Origin: a virus
DNA length: 64,000 bases
Reading direction: 5' to 3' (one strand)
IMG/VR virus record: IMGVR_UViG_3300031578_000009
Location: 31,690-95,689 of that record
This document shows, piece after piece, positions 21,266 to 31,477 of the stretch. The notes under the pieces were generated by a model. It worked only from the letters and a program-made list of their open reading frames with translations. It did no database searches and was not told where the DNA came from. The first letter of the stretch is position 1; every line of letters begins with the position of its first letter. A program made the translations under genes and the position numbers.

Positions 21266-22158
21266 TAAAAGTCTATTTTTATTTCTTCATTCAGTTTTTG
21301 TATTTCTGTTATTATTGGAAATTCTGGTAATCGGCCAATTTCTCGCATGAAATCATCATTGCAATCTAATAAATGTAAAAGTCGATAATTCTTTTGAAAT
21401 TCATAAACTCCTTTTGATCTACCAAGTCCATCAATTGTTTTCTTTTGTCCACTTGGTGTTTCATAGTACATTCCCCATATATATCCATGTAGTATTTCAT
21501 GTGAATCTAATTTATTATTGAATATTCCACAATTCTCAGGGAATGGAGTTATAACATTATCTCCAGCATCTCCAGATATTAATTGAAAACTTTGCCATTT
21601 TAAAGAATCTTCTATTGAAGTTTCAATCCACCAACCTTTAATTACATCTTCCTCTTGAATCTGATACATTACATCTTCTTTAACTAATGCTTTAATATCA
21701 TCTTTTAGCTTATAGGTATAATTAAAATTTTTGCCTGGAATACTTTGTAATAAATCTTTATCTGGAGAAACTAATATTTTATCAAAATATGTTATATCAT
21801 CATCTAAGATATTTTCTTTCAAATCATTATTTATCCAATATGCTATCAAATCATCGGATTCCATTAAATCCATCCATTGAGCATTCCAATTCTCTATTAA
21901 ATAAGATTTAAGTGTTTTAATCCATTTTAATTGAGTTGGATACTTACTTCGATTTGACTTATATAATGGATCAATGTTGTGACGAAAATATTTATCTTTA
22001 CTAATAAAAAATACATAATGAGTTGCTTCTGTTTTAATAAAAATATTCTGGATTTTTTCATCCAGAATATTTATACTTTCCTCTAATGTATTTTTACTAC
22101 TATGATAAACTAGTCCATCTGCATCAACTAATACTAACTTCTTCTGTTGGTCTTGCAT
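21265..22158 (-). CDS. 5'-3' exonuclease (FEN/PIN fold)
   Basis: VDAD, YK.NR, ESDD, DKDLLQ and GD.GDN motifs. Confidence 0.85.
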   Translation of the reverse strand: MQDQQKKLVLVDADGLVYHSSKNTLEESINILDEKIQNIFIKTEATHYVFFISKDKYFRHNIDPLYKSNRSKYPTQLKWIKTLKSYLIENWNAQWMDLMESDDLIAYWINNDLKENILDDDITYFDKILVSPDKDLLQSIPGKNFNYTYKLKDDIKALVKEDVMYQIQEEDVIKGWWIETSIEDSLKWQSFQLISGDAGDNVITPFPENCGIFNNKLDSHEILHGYIWGMYYETPSGQKKTIDGLGRSKGVYEFQKNYRLLHLLDCNDDFMREIGRLPEFPIITEIQKLNEEIKIDF

Positions 22159-22639
22159 ATTCTATAAATTCTTTACTAAGATTTAATTGTTTTTCTTTGT
22201 CATAATCTTCCATAGTAGACTTTAATAAATCAACTCCAAATATATCATTAAGATTTCTCATATTAATAACCTGCTTTCTACTGCTCCATCCAAATTTGTT
22301 AATTGCAGTAATGATTCTTCTATAATCACCACTAGATAAGTTTGATTTATCAATTAAAGCCATTGGAAGTTCTAGATTATTTCTATTATAACAAACAATT
22401 AGTCCCATTGCATCAAGGCTATTACGTATGATCCCATTACCAACATAATACTCTGCTGTTGAATTGTTTGTAATAAGGCTTCCATCTACAGATAATATTT
22501 CTTCAAAGTTGAATTTATCTTTTAAATCATGAACATATCTACGTTTAGTATTAGAATTAATCTGAAAATATTTTCTGGTTTTAAATCCCCTTTGATTAAA
22601 ACAATATGGAATATATTCTTTTGTCTTTTGTATAATCAT
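22124..22639 (-). CDS. Hypothetical protein downstream of E1
   Basis: ORF overlapping both neighbours. Confidence 0.6.
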   Translation of the reverse strand: MIIQKTKEYIPYCFNQRGFKTRKYFQINSNTKRRYVHDLKDKFNFEEILSVDGSLITNNSTAEYYVGNGIIRNSLDAMGLIVCYNRNNLELPMALIDKSNLSSGDYRRIITAINKFGWSSRKQVINMRNLNDIFGVDLLKSTMEDYDKEKQLNLSKEFIEYARPTEEVSIS

Positions 22640-23295
22640 AATACTTCAATTAAAAATGGTTCTCCAAATTCGCTTATTTTAAATGGAAGATTACATATTT
22701 CTTCATTTGCATATTTATTAATTAAATAATTAACCAATACATGAGTAATTCTAGCTCCTATTAGCATTCCAAAATAAGCAGTTTGTTTAAATGTACATGG
22801 TCCATCATCTACTTCTGAATCATCAAATAATGTAGCCTCATATTGTTCTTCCCTACCTTTAGTAACTACATATACTTCATATAGGTTCGCTCTTAATCTC
22901 CCGTCAATCAGCAATTCTCTATTATCCTGTTTACTCCATTTTTCAAATACTTGTTTTCTGGTAGCCATATTATCCAATCCAGTAATCATAATTGGAAAAT
23001 ACTCATTATTATATTTTGAATTGAATTGCCTTATTGAACAATTAGATTGTTCTTGACAATTTTGTAAAATAGAACTAACTTTATATTTACCAATTTGATT
23101 TTTTTTGAAATTTTGAGTTCCAATATTTATAGCTTCAACTTTATCTGGATCATATATCCAATAAGTTGCTGGAACTGTTTTGGTTAATGCAAATAATGCA
23201 TTTGATCCAATTCCACCAGTTCCAACTAATATTATATGCTCATTTGAACTTTTTTCATACCAAGGAGCATCTTTAAATCTATCATTGTATTCCAT
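22636..23295 (-). CDS. ThiF/E1-like adenylyltransferase
   Basis: VGTGGIGS, D.D.VE..N...Q, G.YK, DN..TR and DGR motifs. Candidate catalytic Cys in GPCTFKQT. Confidence 0.85.
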   Translation of the reverse strand: MEYNDRFKDAPWYEKSSNEHIILVGTGGIGSNALFALTKTVPATYWIYDPDKVEAINIGTQNFKKNQIGKYKVSSILQNCQEQSNCSIRQFNSKYNNEYFPIMITGLDNMATRKQVFEKWSKQDNRELLIDGRLRANLYEVYVVTKGREEQYEATLFDDSEVDDGPCTFKQTAYFGMLIGARITHVLVNYLINKYANEEICNLPFKISEFGEPFLIEVL

Positions 23296-24358
23296 AAAGT
23301 AAATTATTAATAGTTATATCAAATATTGGATTAGTTTCAAATTTATCTCTTAAATCTTCCATTTTAGAACATGCTTCAAGGCAATTTTTACGTAAATTAG
23401 AATCTGATCCAAATTCAAAATCATGAATAATTTCTAAATTAGTTTCCATAGCAACTTCGTATTCATCATAAGCAATTTCTTCATCTTTTGATAATTCATT
23501 ATTAATTTTCTCCATTGCATCTCCAATACTTGAATAATATTTACCAGAATTTAATGAAATTAACTTTTTAAGAAAATTATCAACAGTTCCTGTTTTCTTA
23601 TAAGTCTTTGTTAATGTTTGTAAATCACTATTCCCACCTTGATTTAGCCATCCTGCATTATAATCATCATTCCAATCTTCTTTGAAATTATATTGTTTTT
23701 GCCAAGATTGCTGACCAAATGTTTGTACTGGTTTAATTGCTGTTTTTTCTTTTTTAAGTTCATCAATTCTTTTATTCAACCAATTAATACTATTGAATTT
23801 TGTAGGCATATCAATATCTAAATCTCCAATAAGAATAATATCTTCTTCTGTAGATGATTTAATATTAATTAATTTACCATCCGTACCTTTAATGGATGAA
23901 TTATACAATACTTTAGTTTTAGATGGAAATGCAACTTTACATTTATATTTTCTATCAAAACTAACAATCAATGATAAATAATAATTAAAGTTTGTAGCAT
24001 TTGATAATAATTCATCAGAATCGGTGTTACTAAAAAACGCTTGCATATTATGATGCGTATGCACCATACCACTATTACTATTAATTAAATTTTCATTAAT
24101 ATCATAAGCATCCATTACTTTACCAGAATATTCGAATTCAGTATATGTATGACTACCAATATTCATTGGAAATATAAAATCAACTGTAAATTCCAAATCT
24201 TTCATTTGAAACAAGTTACCTTTTGTTAATTTGTAAAATAATATTCCAGACCATTCTGTACTACCAATAGCAGAATGAAGATTATCTATTACATTAATAA
24301 TTTCTTCATCTAATACTATTTTACCTATTGTTCCTAATTCTTGAGTTTTTTTATCCAC
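23282..24358 (-). CDS. JAB/MPN+ metallo-isopeptidase
   Basis: EWSG plus HTHHNMQAFFSNTD (HxH-x7-S-x2-D). Confidence 0.8.
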   Translation of the reverse strand: MDKKTQELGTIGKIVLDEEIINVIDNLHSAIGSTEWSGILFYKLTKGNLFQMKDLEFTVDFIFPMNIGSHTYTEFEYSGKVMDAYDINENLINSNSGMVHTHHNMQAFFSNTDSDELLSNATNFNYYLSLIVSFDRKYKCKVAFPSKTKVLYNSSIKGTDGKLINIKSSTEEDIILIGDLDIDMPTKFNSINWLNKRIDELKKEKTAIKPVQTFGQQSWQKQYNFKEDWNDDYNAGWLNQGGNSDLQTLTKTYKKTGTVDNFLKKLISLNSGKYYSSIGDAMEKINNELSKDEEIAYDEYEVAMETNLEIIHDFEFGSDSNLRKNCLEACSKMEDLRDKFETNPIFDITINNLLYGIQ

Positions 24359-25562
24359 GTTGTTTTAGTTTTTTATTAATTATATATTGTGAAAATTCTT
24401 CTTCTATCTTACTAATAACTTCATTTAATATATCAACATGTATTGATTTTTCTAAATTATTTTCTAAATCATCATCTGGAATTACTATGTTTTTGATATT
24501 TTCTTCCTTAAACATTACTTCAGAACCTGTATCATTATATCTTTTATAAAAATAATTCTGTTCAAAATTTTCAGTTACTGAAATTCCATTCCTATAAGAA
24601 TATAAATAATGTTCAGGAACAATCTCATTTAAAACTTTACGAATATGATCTTTAGAATCATCTGATAATTTAATATCATAATAATCAATATCATTTATAT
24701 TATAAATAAAACTAAAATCATTGATATGCGATAACAATAATAAATAAACTGTATTTGCATCATAAAAATATTCAATGTCTGCTTCTTTAAATCTATTTTC
24801 ATCACATAGTACATTATCAATCTTTCTATATGGAACTCCCTCAATACTTTCCCAAGAAATATATTCTTTTAATAAGTAATAGAATGGAACAATATTTAAA
24901 AAACAATGTTTTGTTGAATTTCTAGTTCTATCAAATACATTTTTTATTTGAGTATCTCCCATACATAAATCATTATCATATGTTCCAATGTGTGAGTGAG
25001 ATAGATGTGAAAATATATAACTATTTCTTAATTCTCTTTCCGACACTGTAGTTCTTGCAAACTGTAAATAATGTAATCTTTTATTACTAAATGTTAATTT
25101 CATATATAAATCTTTCATCTCAAGAGATTGTTCAAATGAATTTGAAATTATTACAGAAGGAATCCATATAATTATACTATATCTATAACCATCTTTGTAG
25201 CTATTATCATTTTGTAAATCTACATATTCTTCACCAAATACTTCTATTGCTTTATTCAAATAAAATGTTCTAAGTTTTTCATCAGACATTTTGTCTACAG
25301 AATCTATGATATTATTTAATTTTATATCATGAACTTCTTTTTTAGTTAATGGTTTAACTTGACTACTTAAATCTTTAATTGAAAATGCAATAGGTGACAC
25401 TTTATTATTTACATCCGAATAATACATTTTATTTGCTACTCTTCCTTCTTTCTTGAAAATATATTGTTTGTTATACATTACATATTTACTTTGATAAACA
25501 TTATTTGGTAATTTATCTAATTCTTTATCAGAAAGTCTTAATATTTCTTCTGGAAGTACCAT
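24351..25562 (-). CDS. Putative prokaryotic E2-like conjugating enzyme
   Basis: YIFSHL...LCMG (His...Cys-x-Gly) and WES.EG.PY, located between the Ubl and JAB genes. Confidence 0.5.
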   Translation of the reverse strand: MVLPEEILRLSDKELDKLPNNVYQSKYVMYNKQYIFKKEGRVANKMYYSDVNNKVSPIAFSIKDLSSQVKPLTKKEVHDIKLNNIIDSVDKMSDEKLRTFYLNKAIEVFGEEYVDLQNDNSYKDGYRYSIIIWIPSVIISNSFEQSLEMKDLYMKLTFSNKRLHYLQFARTTVSERELRNSYIFSHLSHSHIGTYDNDLCMGDTQIKNVFDRTRNSTKHCFLNIVPFYYLLKEYISWESIEGVPYRKIDNVLCDENRFKEADIEYFYDANTVYLLLLSHINDFSFIYNINDIDYYDIKLSDDSKDHIRKVLNEIVPEHYLYSYRNGISVTENFEQNYFYKRYNDTGSEVMFKEENIKNIVIPDDDLENNLEKSIHVDILNEVISKIEEEFSQYIINKKLKQRG

Positions 25563-25577
25563 ACATTAATATTTTTT

Positions 25578-25600
25578 AAAAGAGGGGATTTCTCCCCTCT
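25578..25600 (-). terminator. Stem-loop/terminator between the Ubl and E2 genes
   Basis: agagggga-gaaa-tcccctct followed by ttt on the - strand. Confidence 0.6.
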
Positions 25601-25606
25601 ATTTGG

Positions 25607-26143
25607 TTAAAACAAATTTAATAATTGTTGTGCTTCAAAATCTATGTCGTCTTCAGTCGTTTCATCCAATAATTTTACTTTATTAGTGGCTTTTGGTTCA
25701 GTTTCATTACTCATAACCTTTAAAATATAAGTTCCTGGATATAAATGAATTTCATCTACTTCTTCTGCTTGATTATTGTTTTTTTCAATCGTATCAAGAA
25801 ATTCATTCAGTTCTTGAGTAGTTTTATGAGTATAATTAAATGGAACATCACCACCATTATCTTTATATTCTTTAACTGCATCTCTTGCTTCCCAATAACC
25901 TAATGCTCCTGCTTTTGATTTAGTTGGCATTACAAACATTACTGAATCAATTTCTGGTAATACTGCTTGGTCTACTTCAAATGAAGCTTTAGAAGCTCTG
26001 TCAATTAGCTTTGATGAACTCCAATCAATACCTAATTCAGTAATTTCTTCTTTTAACTCACCTAATGTACGAGCTGATGTTTCTACTTTCACTAACTCAG
26101 TTTGAGTTAATAACTTTAATTTAATTGTTCTTTTTGTTGTCAT
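25607..26143 (-). CDS. Putative ubiquitin-like (beta-grasp) precursor with C-terminal extension
   Basis: ~78-aa N-terminal domain (ARTLGELK, LP, VMFVMP) ending in KSKAG, followed by a ~100-aa extension. Confidence 0.55.
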   Translation of the reverse strand: MTTKRTIKLKLLTQTELVKVETSARTLGELKEEITELGIDWSSSKLIDRASKASFEVDQAVLPEIDSVMFVMPTKSKAGALGYWEARDAVKEYKDNGGDVPFNYTHKTTQELNEFLDTIEKNNNQAEEVDEIHLYPGTYILKVMSNETEPKATNKVKLLDETTEDDIDFEAQQLLNLF

Positions 26144-27162
26144 AATTTGATTTTTAAATCTGTTAACTGATTTTGTAAATAAAAATTAAACTCACGTCCA
26201 CCATCTTTATACCACATGTCTGTGGGGTCTTTTGGTGCACGTAATGGATTATGTATGTATGGTATTTGATAAATTTGAGAAAACTTCTTTGCATATTTTA
26301 TTCCAGCTTCATCATTATCAAAATAAATTACAAGATTTGGATATCTTTTTTTAAGTTTATAGAATACTTTGTCTGGTATCCAAGATCCTTCATTATTTGG
26401 AGCTATTGCTATTGGTTTATTATATATTCTCCAAAATGGCCCTGTATCTTTAAAACTACTTGTTATAAAGCATATATCTCCACTTTTTGGCAATAAATCC
26501 CATCCCTGTACGATTGTATTATCAACATTTGACAACCACTTTCTATAAGATGGTTTTTGTGGAAAATACAACTTCCTTCTGAATATTCCATTATGCCAAT
26601 AATAATCCATACTATATGAATAATCATCACATACATATAATTTTTCATATATATTCTTTTTTTCAGAAGTTAATCTGAAATAAGAAATTGGATTTATATT
26701 AGCTTTAATAAGCATATTTTCAGCCCATGACTGACTACCCCACCATTCTAAATCATGCTGAAGAAGTTCTCTCTTTTTAATTGTTAATATTGTTTTGTAA
26801 TCCTCATATTCAACTGTATGAATTTGTTGTTCTGAATACTTAGTATAATTATTACTTCCTGAACCTCTTAAATACAGATTAAAATCAATATTTATTTTTT
26901 CTAATACTTCTTTAAAAGTTAATCCATATTTTCTACTAACAAATTGGAAACAATTTAAAGCCCCATCTTCACCAAAGTCTTTATATAAATAAGTGCCATT
27001 AAAATATGAGATAACAGCACTTGGATTTGGATCATTTCTAAATTCAGCTTTAAAATGTTTTCCTATCTTTTGAAAATACTTTGAATATTTCTTATATATA
27101 TCTAATGGACTAACTCTTTCAAGAATATTTTCTATTGTTAATAGTCCATTTGTTTTAAACAT
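26140..27162 (-). CDS. dnaG: DNA primase (TOPRIM)
   Basis: FR.DPNPS, KDFG, ITSSFKD, FDNDEAG and KDPTD motifs. Confidence 0.85.
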   Translation of the reverse strand: MFKTNGLLTIENILERVSPLDIYKKYSKYFQKIGKHFKAEFRNDPNPSAVISYFNGTYLYKDFGEDGALNCFQFVSRKYGLTFKEVLEKINIDFNLYLRGSGSNNYTKYSEQQIHTVEYEDYKTILTIKKRELLQHDLEWWGSQSWAENMLIKANINPISYFRLTSEKKNIYEKLYVCDDYSYSMDYYWHNGIFRRKLYFPQKPSYRKWLSNVDNTIVQGWDLLPKSGDICFITSSFKDTGPFWRIYNKPIAIAPNNEGSWIPDKVFYKLKKRYPNLVIYFDNDEAGIKYAKKFSQIYQIPYIHNPLRAPKDPTDMWYKDGGREFNFYLQNQLTDLKIKL

Positions 27163-27166
27163 TCAA

Positions 27167-27388
27167 TTAACTAATTAACTTCCATTCATATATAGAATTT
27201 AATGTTCTGAATTTGTTTTCAGATATTATTTCAGTAACTCTTGACGTTACCCAATTATATCCTACAAAAAATCCCTTGCCAATTTCTGGATTTTCTACAA
27301 ATTTTCCAATTTTTTCAAATCCAACTTCTATATTGTTTGGATGAAGTGGATTTTCTGCTTCTTCTAATTTTCTAATTAGGACGTTCAT
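27167..27388 (-). CDS. Hypothetical protein
   Basis: TS.V.EI..F.T.NSIY motif. Confidence 0.6.
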   Translation of the reverse strand: MNVLIRKLEEAENPLHPNNIEVGFEKIGKFVENPEIGKGFFVGYNWVTSRVTEIISENKFRTLNSIYEWKLIS

Positions 27389-27389
27389 A

Positions 27390-27557
27390 TTATTTATTGT
27401 TTTTACTAGTTAAATGCCAACCAAAACAATGTGGACAATAATATTTATAAAGAACTTTATTATCTTTTAAAGCTCTTTTTATGATATTATCTGCCCATGA
27501 TTCTTTTAGTTTTTTCTTATGTAAACATGTTTTTACCCATTCATCAATTTTCTTCAT
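27390..27557 (-). CDS. Small Zn-binding protein (55 aa, not in the ORF track)
   Basis: Manually translated MKKIDEWVKTC...YYCPHCFGWHLTSKNNK. Confidence 0.6.
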   Translation of the reverse strand: MKKIDEWVKTCLHKKKLKESWADNIIKRALKDNKVLYKYYCPHCFGWHLTSKNNK

Positions 27558-28193
27558 TTAAAATGGAAGATCGTCCTTAATAGATTGAGTATCAGTTGAT
27601 TGTTGGGGATCTTCATCCATCTTAACTAATGCTTTATAAAAATACTTATTAGTTTTATCAGGCCATGTATTATCCTTCTGTCTTGCTTGTAATTCTGCTT
27701 CTGTTGCTGCTACATAACCATATCTGGGTAAATTAATCAACATTTTAACTTTAGGACTTCCATCCTTATCCTTACCCATATATTCTACTGCTCCAATCAA
27801 AAACCAAGTATATTTGTTATTAAATACTCTTTTTACTTGATTAAGAAAATCTTCAATACTATCTGCTTTAATAGCATCTACTTGCTCTTTTACACCCATT
27901 GCTGTAGCAATAGTTGCAATAATATCTATAAAATCATTTGTAGCTTTATCATCTTGCTTACCTGTAATATAGATACCTAAATCTACTCTTCCAATTTGCC
28001 CCACTGCTCCTTCAAACCCTTCAAAATCTCCACCTAATGGTTTAGTTTCAAGATTGGCTTGCACTTTAAACTTTTCTCCGTTATTTGATTGTGTTATTTC
28101 AAATCCTGTAACCTTTAACTCATTAGGGCCAATGTTAATGAATTGTGGAGTTTTAAACCCTGAATCTACTTTTGCTTCTTTTGTACTAAACAT
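27558..28193 (-). CDS. Single-stranded DNA-binding protein
   Basis: Acidic C-terminal tail DDLPF and replication context. Confidence 0.65.
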   Translation of the reverse strand: MFSTKEAKVDSGFKTPQFINIGPNELKVTGFEITQSNNGEKFKVQANLETKPLGGDFEGFEGAVGQIGRVDLGIYITGKQDDKATNDFIDIIATIATAMGVKEQVDAIKADSIEDFLNQVKRVFNNKYTWFLIGAVEYMGKDKDGSPKVKMLINLPRYGYVAATEAELQARQKDNTWPDKTNKYFYKALVKMDEDPQQSTDTQSIKDDLPF

Positions 28194-28219
28194 ATATATT
28201 TGTTTTTAATTGTTTCTAA

Positions 28220-28729
28220 TTATAATTCGCCATATTCTACATAAACTTTTGGTTCATCTACTTCATCTTCTTTAGTGAACGCATTATCAGGAAATTCTGC
28301 AAAATCATCTCTTGTTAAGCTTCCTGGGTATGAATCATTAAGAATAATCAAATACGCATAGTCTGCTTTAACATCTGGTACTTTTAATAAGAATTCCCTA
28401 CCATTGTATAATTCAACTCCATATTCCTTAATTATTCTGTCTGCGAATTTAGAATTTGAGAAACTATTATCTAAGTTAATTTTTGCATCATTCTGAGTTT
28501 CTACACCAGTTGTATTAGCAATAAATAATAATTCATTTAATGGACCATAACTAATCATTTTACCAGTTATTTGAGAATTACTATAATTTAATAATTCAGC
28601 AGCTTTTTGATTAATTTGCCATTTTTTAGTTTTACCATCAGAACTACCAATATATGTTAATACTGGTAAATCTGGATATTTGTCTACTTTTTCTTCTTTT
28701 TGTTTCTTAAAACTGAAATTTAATTCCAT
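28220..28729 (-). CDS. Hypothetical protein
   Basis: ORF in the operon. Confidence 0.6.
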   Translation of the reverse strand: MELNFSFKKQKEEKVDKYPDLPVLTYIGSSDGKTKKWQINQKAAELLNYSNSQITGKMISYGPLNELLFIANTTGVETQNDAKINLDNSFSNSKFADRIIKEYGVELYNGREFLLKVPDVKADYAYLIILNDSYPGSLTRDDFAEFPDNAFTKEDEVDEPKVYVEYGEL

Positions 28730-28747
28730 ACTTTATTTTTTTAATTA

Positions 28748-28930
28748 TTATTCTTCAAAAATTACAAATTCATTCTCAATATCTACATCACTTATTTCTG
28801 GATATAATTCTCCACATTCTTCCATTCCTGGCCAATTGTCAACTCCAGCAGCTTCTAGTTCCATTAATGTAGTTTCACTGCTTAATAAATCCATTATCCT
28901 TTTTAAAGGAACTTTTACATATCTATTCAT
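28748..28930 (-). CDS. Hypothetical phage protein
   Basis: LEAAGVDNW.G motif. Confidence 0.65.
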   Translation of the reverse strand: MNRYVKVPLKRIMDLLSSETTLMELEAAGVDNWPGMEECGELYPEISDVDIENEFVIFEE

Positions 28931-28938
28931 ATTATTAT

Positions 28939-29730
28939 TTATTTTAAATATATTTTATCCCAATAAGTTTTAATAGATTTGTCTTCCATCTTTTCAGATA
29001 TTAAAATACTTCCATCTAAATGGGGGCATCTTCCGCCACATACGACTTTGTATTCATTGTTATAACTTAAATAACCCTTACCATCCTCTCTATAAAAATG
29101 TCCAACTGCATCAACTCTTGAGGAATAAATAGATTTAACTTTACCAGTTAAATTAATGTCAATTGATTCTACTGAATCTCCATTTCTTGATTCTACTAAT
29201 TTATCCTTAACATGAGCTAATAATATAACATAAGTTACTTTATCTAATGATATCAATTCAAGTAATTTATCGTACCAAGTAGTCATTGCTTCTCTTGAGT
29301 GTTTATATCCATATCCTTGACCTAAATCATGAACTGTTTCAAATTTTGGATCTGTATGATATATAACAGCACCAGTTTCAACTTCCCCAACTCTATTAAA
29401 CTTCTTACCTTGAGGTTTATTCATATAATTATATGTACCAACAATTTCTGACCATTCATCAAGTTTTGTTACAGTATCTATAATTAAGAATTCACATACT
29501 TTTGTTTCAGAATTCTTAATTAAATTCAATACTTCATTAAATTCTGAAGCTTTATATATTTCTTGAACTCTACCTTCAATATAATCAGCACCACCTGGTT
29601 CTAATTCTAATATAAGATGATTTTTTAATTGAGCAACAATATTTGTCTTTCCCGCCTTGGGTACAGAATATATCATATGCACTCTTGGATTAACAAACTT
29701 TTGCTTTCTTTCTTCTGTTACTAATTCCAT
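28939..29730 (-). CDS. AAA_24/Sak4-like ATPase
   Basis: Walker A variant PKAGKT, IIDT and LAH.K motifs. Confidence 0.8.
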   Translation of the reverse strand: MELVTEERKQKFVNPRVHMIYSVPKAGKTNIVAQLKNHLILELEPGGADYIEGRVQEIYKASEFNEVLNLIKNSETKVCEFLIIDTVTKLDEWSEIVGTYNYMNKPQGKKFNRVGEVETGAVIYHTDPKFETVHDLGQGYGYKHSREAMTTWYDKLLELISLDKVTYVILLAHVKDKLVESRNGDSVESIDINLTGKVKSIYSSRVDAVGHFYREDGKGYLSYNNEYKVVCGGRCPHLDGSILISEKMEDKSIKTYWDKIYLK

Positions 29731-29744
29731 ATTTTTATTTAAAA

Positions 29745-31051
29745 TTTATATGACGGAGCGTAAAACCAACTCATTACGAAGTGTGGGTTGGATGTAAGCG
29801 ACTCCTTTACACTCACATTTTGACATTTTGTTTGTTTTGTATAAATTGGCATAATTTTTGTAATATATAAACTATGTTTAAATCGTTCAAATACAGAATT
29901 TACCCAACCGAGCCACAAAAAGAGCTTATTGCCAAACATATTGGTAGTAGTCGTTTTGTGTTTAATCTTGCGTTGGAAACTAAAAACGCTGCATATATTG
30001 GTAACAAACATAACTACAGCCCTTTCGATTTAATTAAACAATTACCAGAACTTAAAAAAGAATGTCCTTGGCTAAAAGAAGTAAACTCACAAAGCTTACA
30101 ACAATCTATACAAAATATGGATATTGCTTTTAAGAAATTCTTTAAAGGAGCTGGTTTTCCAAAATTTAAGTCTAAAAGAGATAGACAATCTTTTTCAATA
30201 CCACAAAATGTAATAGTTGAAAATAATCTTTTGATAATACCAAAGTTTAAAGAGGGTATTAAAATATTTTTACATAAACCTACACAAGGTATTGTAAAAA
30301 GTGGAACTATCAGTGTAACACCTACAGGTAAATACTTCGTGTCAATACTTTGTGATACTAAAGAAGATATGCCAATTAAGGTTTCTATTAATGAAAACAC
30401 CACAATAGGTATTGACCTTGGAATAAAAGACTTTGCCATTACCTCAGATGGAGAGGTATTTGATAATCCTAAATTTCTTCGTAAAGCACAAAGTAAATTA
30501 AAATATGTACAACGTAAATACTCAAAACACAAAGGCAAGCGAACTAAAAAGAAACTTGCCAAATTACATGAAGATGTAGTAAACAAACGCAAAGATTTTT
30601 TACACAAAGTTTCAACTAAATTAATTCGTGAGAACCAAACGATAGCCCTTGAAACTTTAGCGGTTAAAAATATGGTTAAAAACCACAATTTAGCACAAGC
30701 AATTAATGATGTAAGTTGGTCAACTTTTGTTTCTATGTTGGAATATAAAGCTGGTTGGTATGGTAAAAATATCCTACGAATAGGACAATTTGCACCATCT
30801 TCAAAAACTTGTTCAAACTGTGGGGCTATCAACAATGAACTACAACTAAAAGACCGTGAATGGACTTGTGGCAGTTGTTCTACTGTTTTAGACCGAGATG
30901 TTAATGCTGCTTGTAACATAAAATCATTTGCTTTAAAAAATATTTTGTCTGGGGAACACAGACTTAAAAGTCAAGACGAACTGCCTACATTAGTAGGAGT
31001 AATGACTCTTGAAGCCAAACCCATCGCCTTTGGCGTGGGTGGGTAGTTCAC
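29745..31051 (+). mobile_element. IS200/IS605-family (IS1341-type, TnpB-only) element
   Basis: Left-end hairpin ccaactca...gtgggttgg (~29766-29791). Right-end hairpin acccatcgcc-ttt-ggcgtgggt ending GTAGTTCAC (31051). Inserted against the operon direction. Left boundary is approximate: TTTAT at 29734 or 29745. Confidence 0.8.
29874..31046 (+). CDS. tnpB: RNA-guided endonuclease TnpB
   Basis: KYRIYPT, RFVFN, RuvC D (GIDLG), E (ALETL), D (DRDVNAA) and Zn ribbon CSNC/CGSC, all intact. Confidence 0.95.
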   Translation: MFKSFKYRIYPTEPQKELIAKHIGSSRFVFNLALETKNAAYIGNKHNYSPFDLIKQLPELKKECPWLKEVNSQSLQQSIQNMDIAFKKFFKGAGFPKFKSKRDRQSFSIPQNVIVENNLLIIPKFKEGIKIFLHKPTQGIVKSGTISVTPTGKYFVSILCDTKEDMPIKVSINENTTIGIDLGIKDFAITSDGEVFDNPKFLRKAQSKLKYVQRKYSKHKGKRTKKKLAKLHEDVVNKRKDFLHKVSTKLIRENQTIALETLAVKNMVKNHNLAQAINDVSWSTFVSMLEYKAGWYGKNILRIGQFAPSSKTCSNCGAINNELQLKDREWTCGSCSTVLDRDVNAACNIKSFALKNILSGEHRLKSQDELPTLVGVMTLEAKPIAFGVGG

Positions 31052-31135
31052 TCTTCTATTATTAAATTAAAATTATATATACTTTCTTCTATTAATTTGA
31101 ACTGTTGTTCAACCCATAAGTCATAATCATCCCAA

Positions 31136-31477
31136 TCATTTGTCATATGCTTCTAAATATTCGTTAAAATGTTTTTTACAAAACCAAACTTTTTCTCCAT
31201 ATAATTCTCCACTATATTTAACTTTATTTCTACATGGTGAAAAATAGCATCTATGTTCTGGAACATTTAATCCTAATATTTTTGAATTATTATCAAATTT
31301 ATCTAATAATTCATCTTTTATATTTAAGATAGTAGCCCATTCTTCTGTTTCAAATTCTGTTAATGCATCAAAATTAATTGGTTTTTGTATTCCAGAAAGA
31401 ATATATTTAAAATAATTTCTGTTTTGAGCTAATTTTTGCTTATTTGTCATATCCATACTTTTTACGTAAACTTTCAA
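31136..31477 (-). CDS. Hypothetical protein with C-terminal Cys/His cluster
   Basis: CYFSPC...CKKH. Confidence 0.6.
   Translation of the reverse strand: MKVYVKSMDMTNKQKLAQNRNYFKYILSGIQKPINFDALTEFETEEWATILNIKDELLDKFDNNSKILGLNVPEHRCYFSPCRNKVKYSGELYGEKVWFCKKHFNEYLEAYDK

Noticed and set aside
30014-30919. 301-aa antisense ORF inside tnpB, and 29739-30011
   Set aside because: Shadow frames of a clearly recognisable tnpB gene and its left end.
31085-31094. Second match to the TnpB guide (tcttctatta) as a self-target
   Set aside because: Only 10 nt of low-complexity AT-rich sequence, and not preceded by the candidate TAM.
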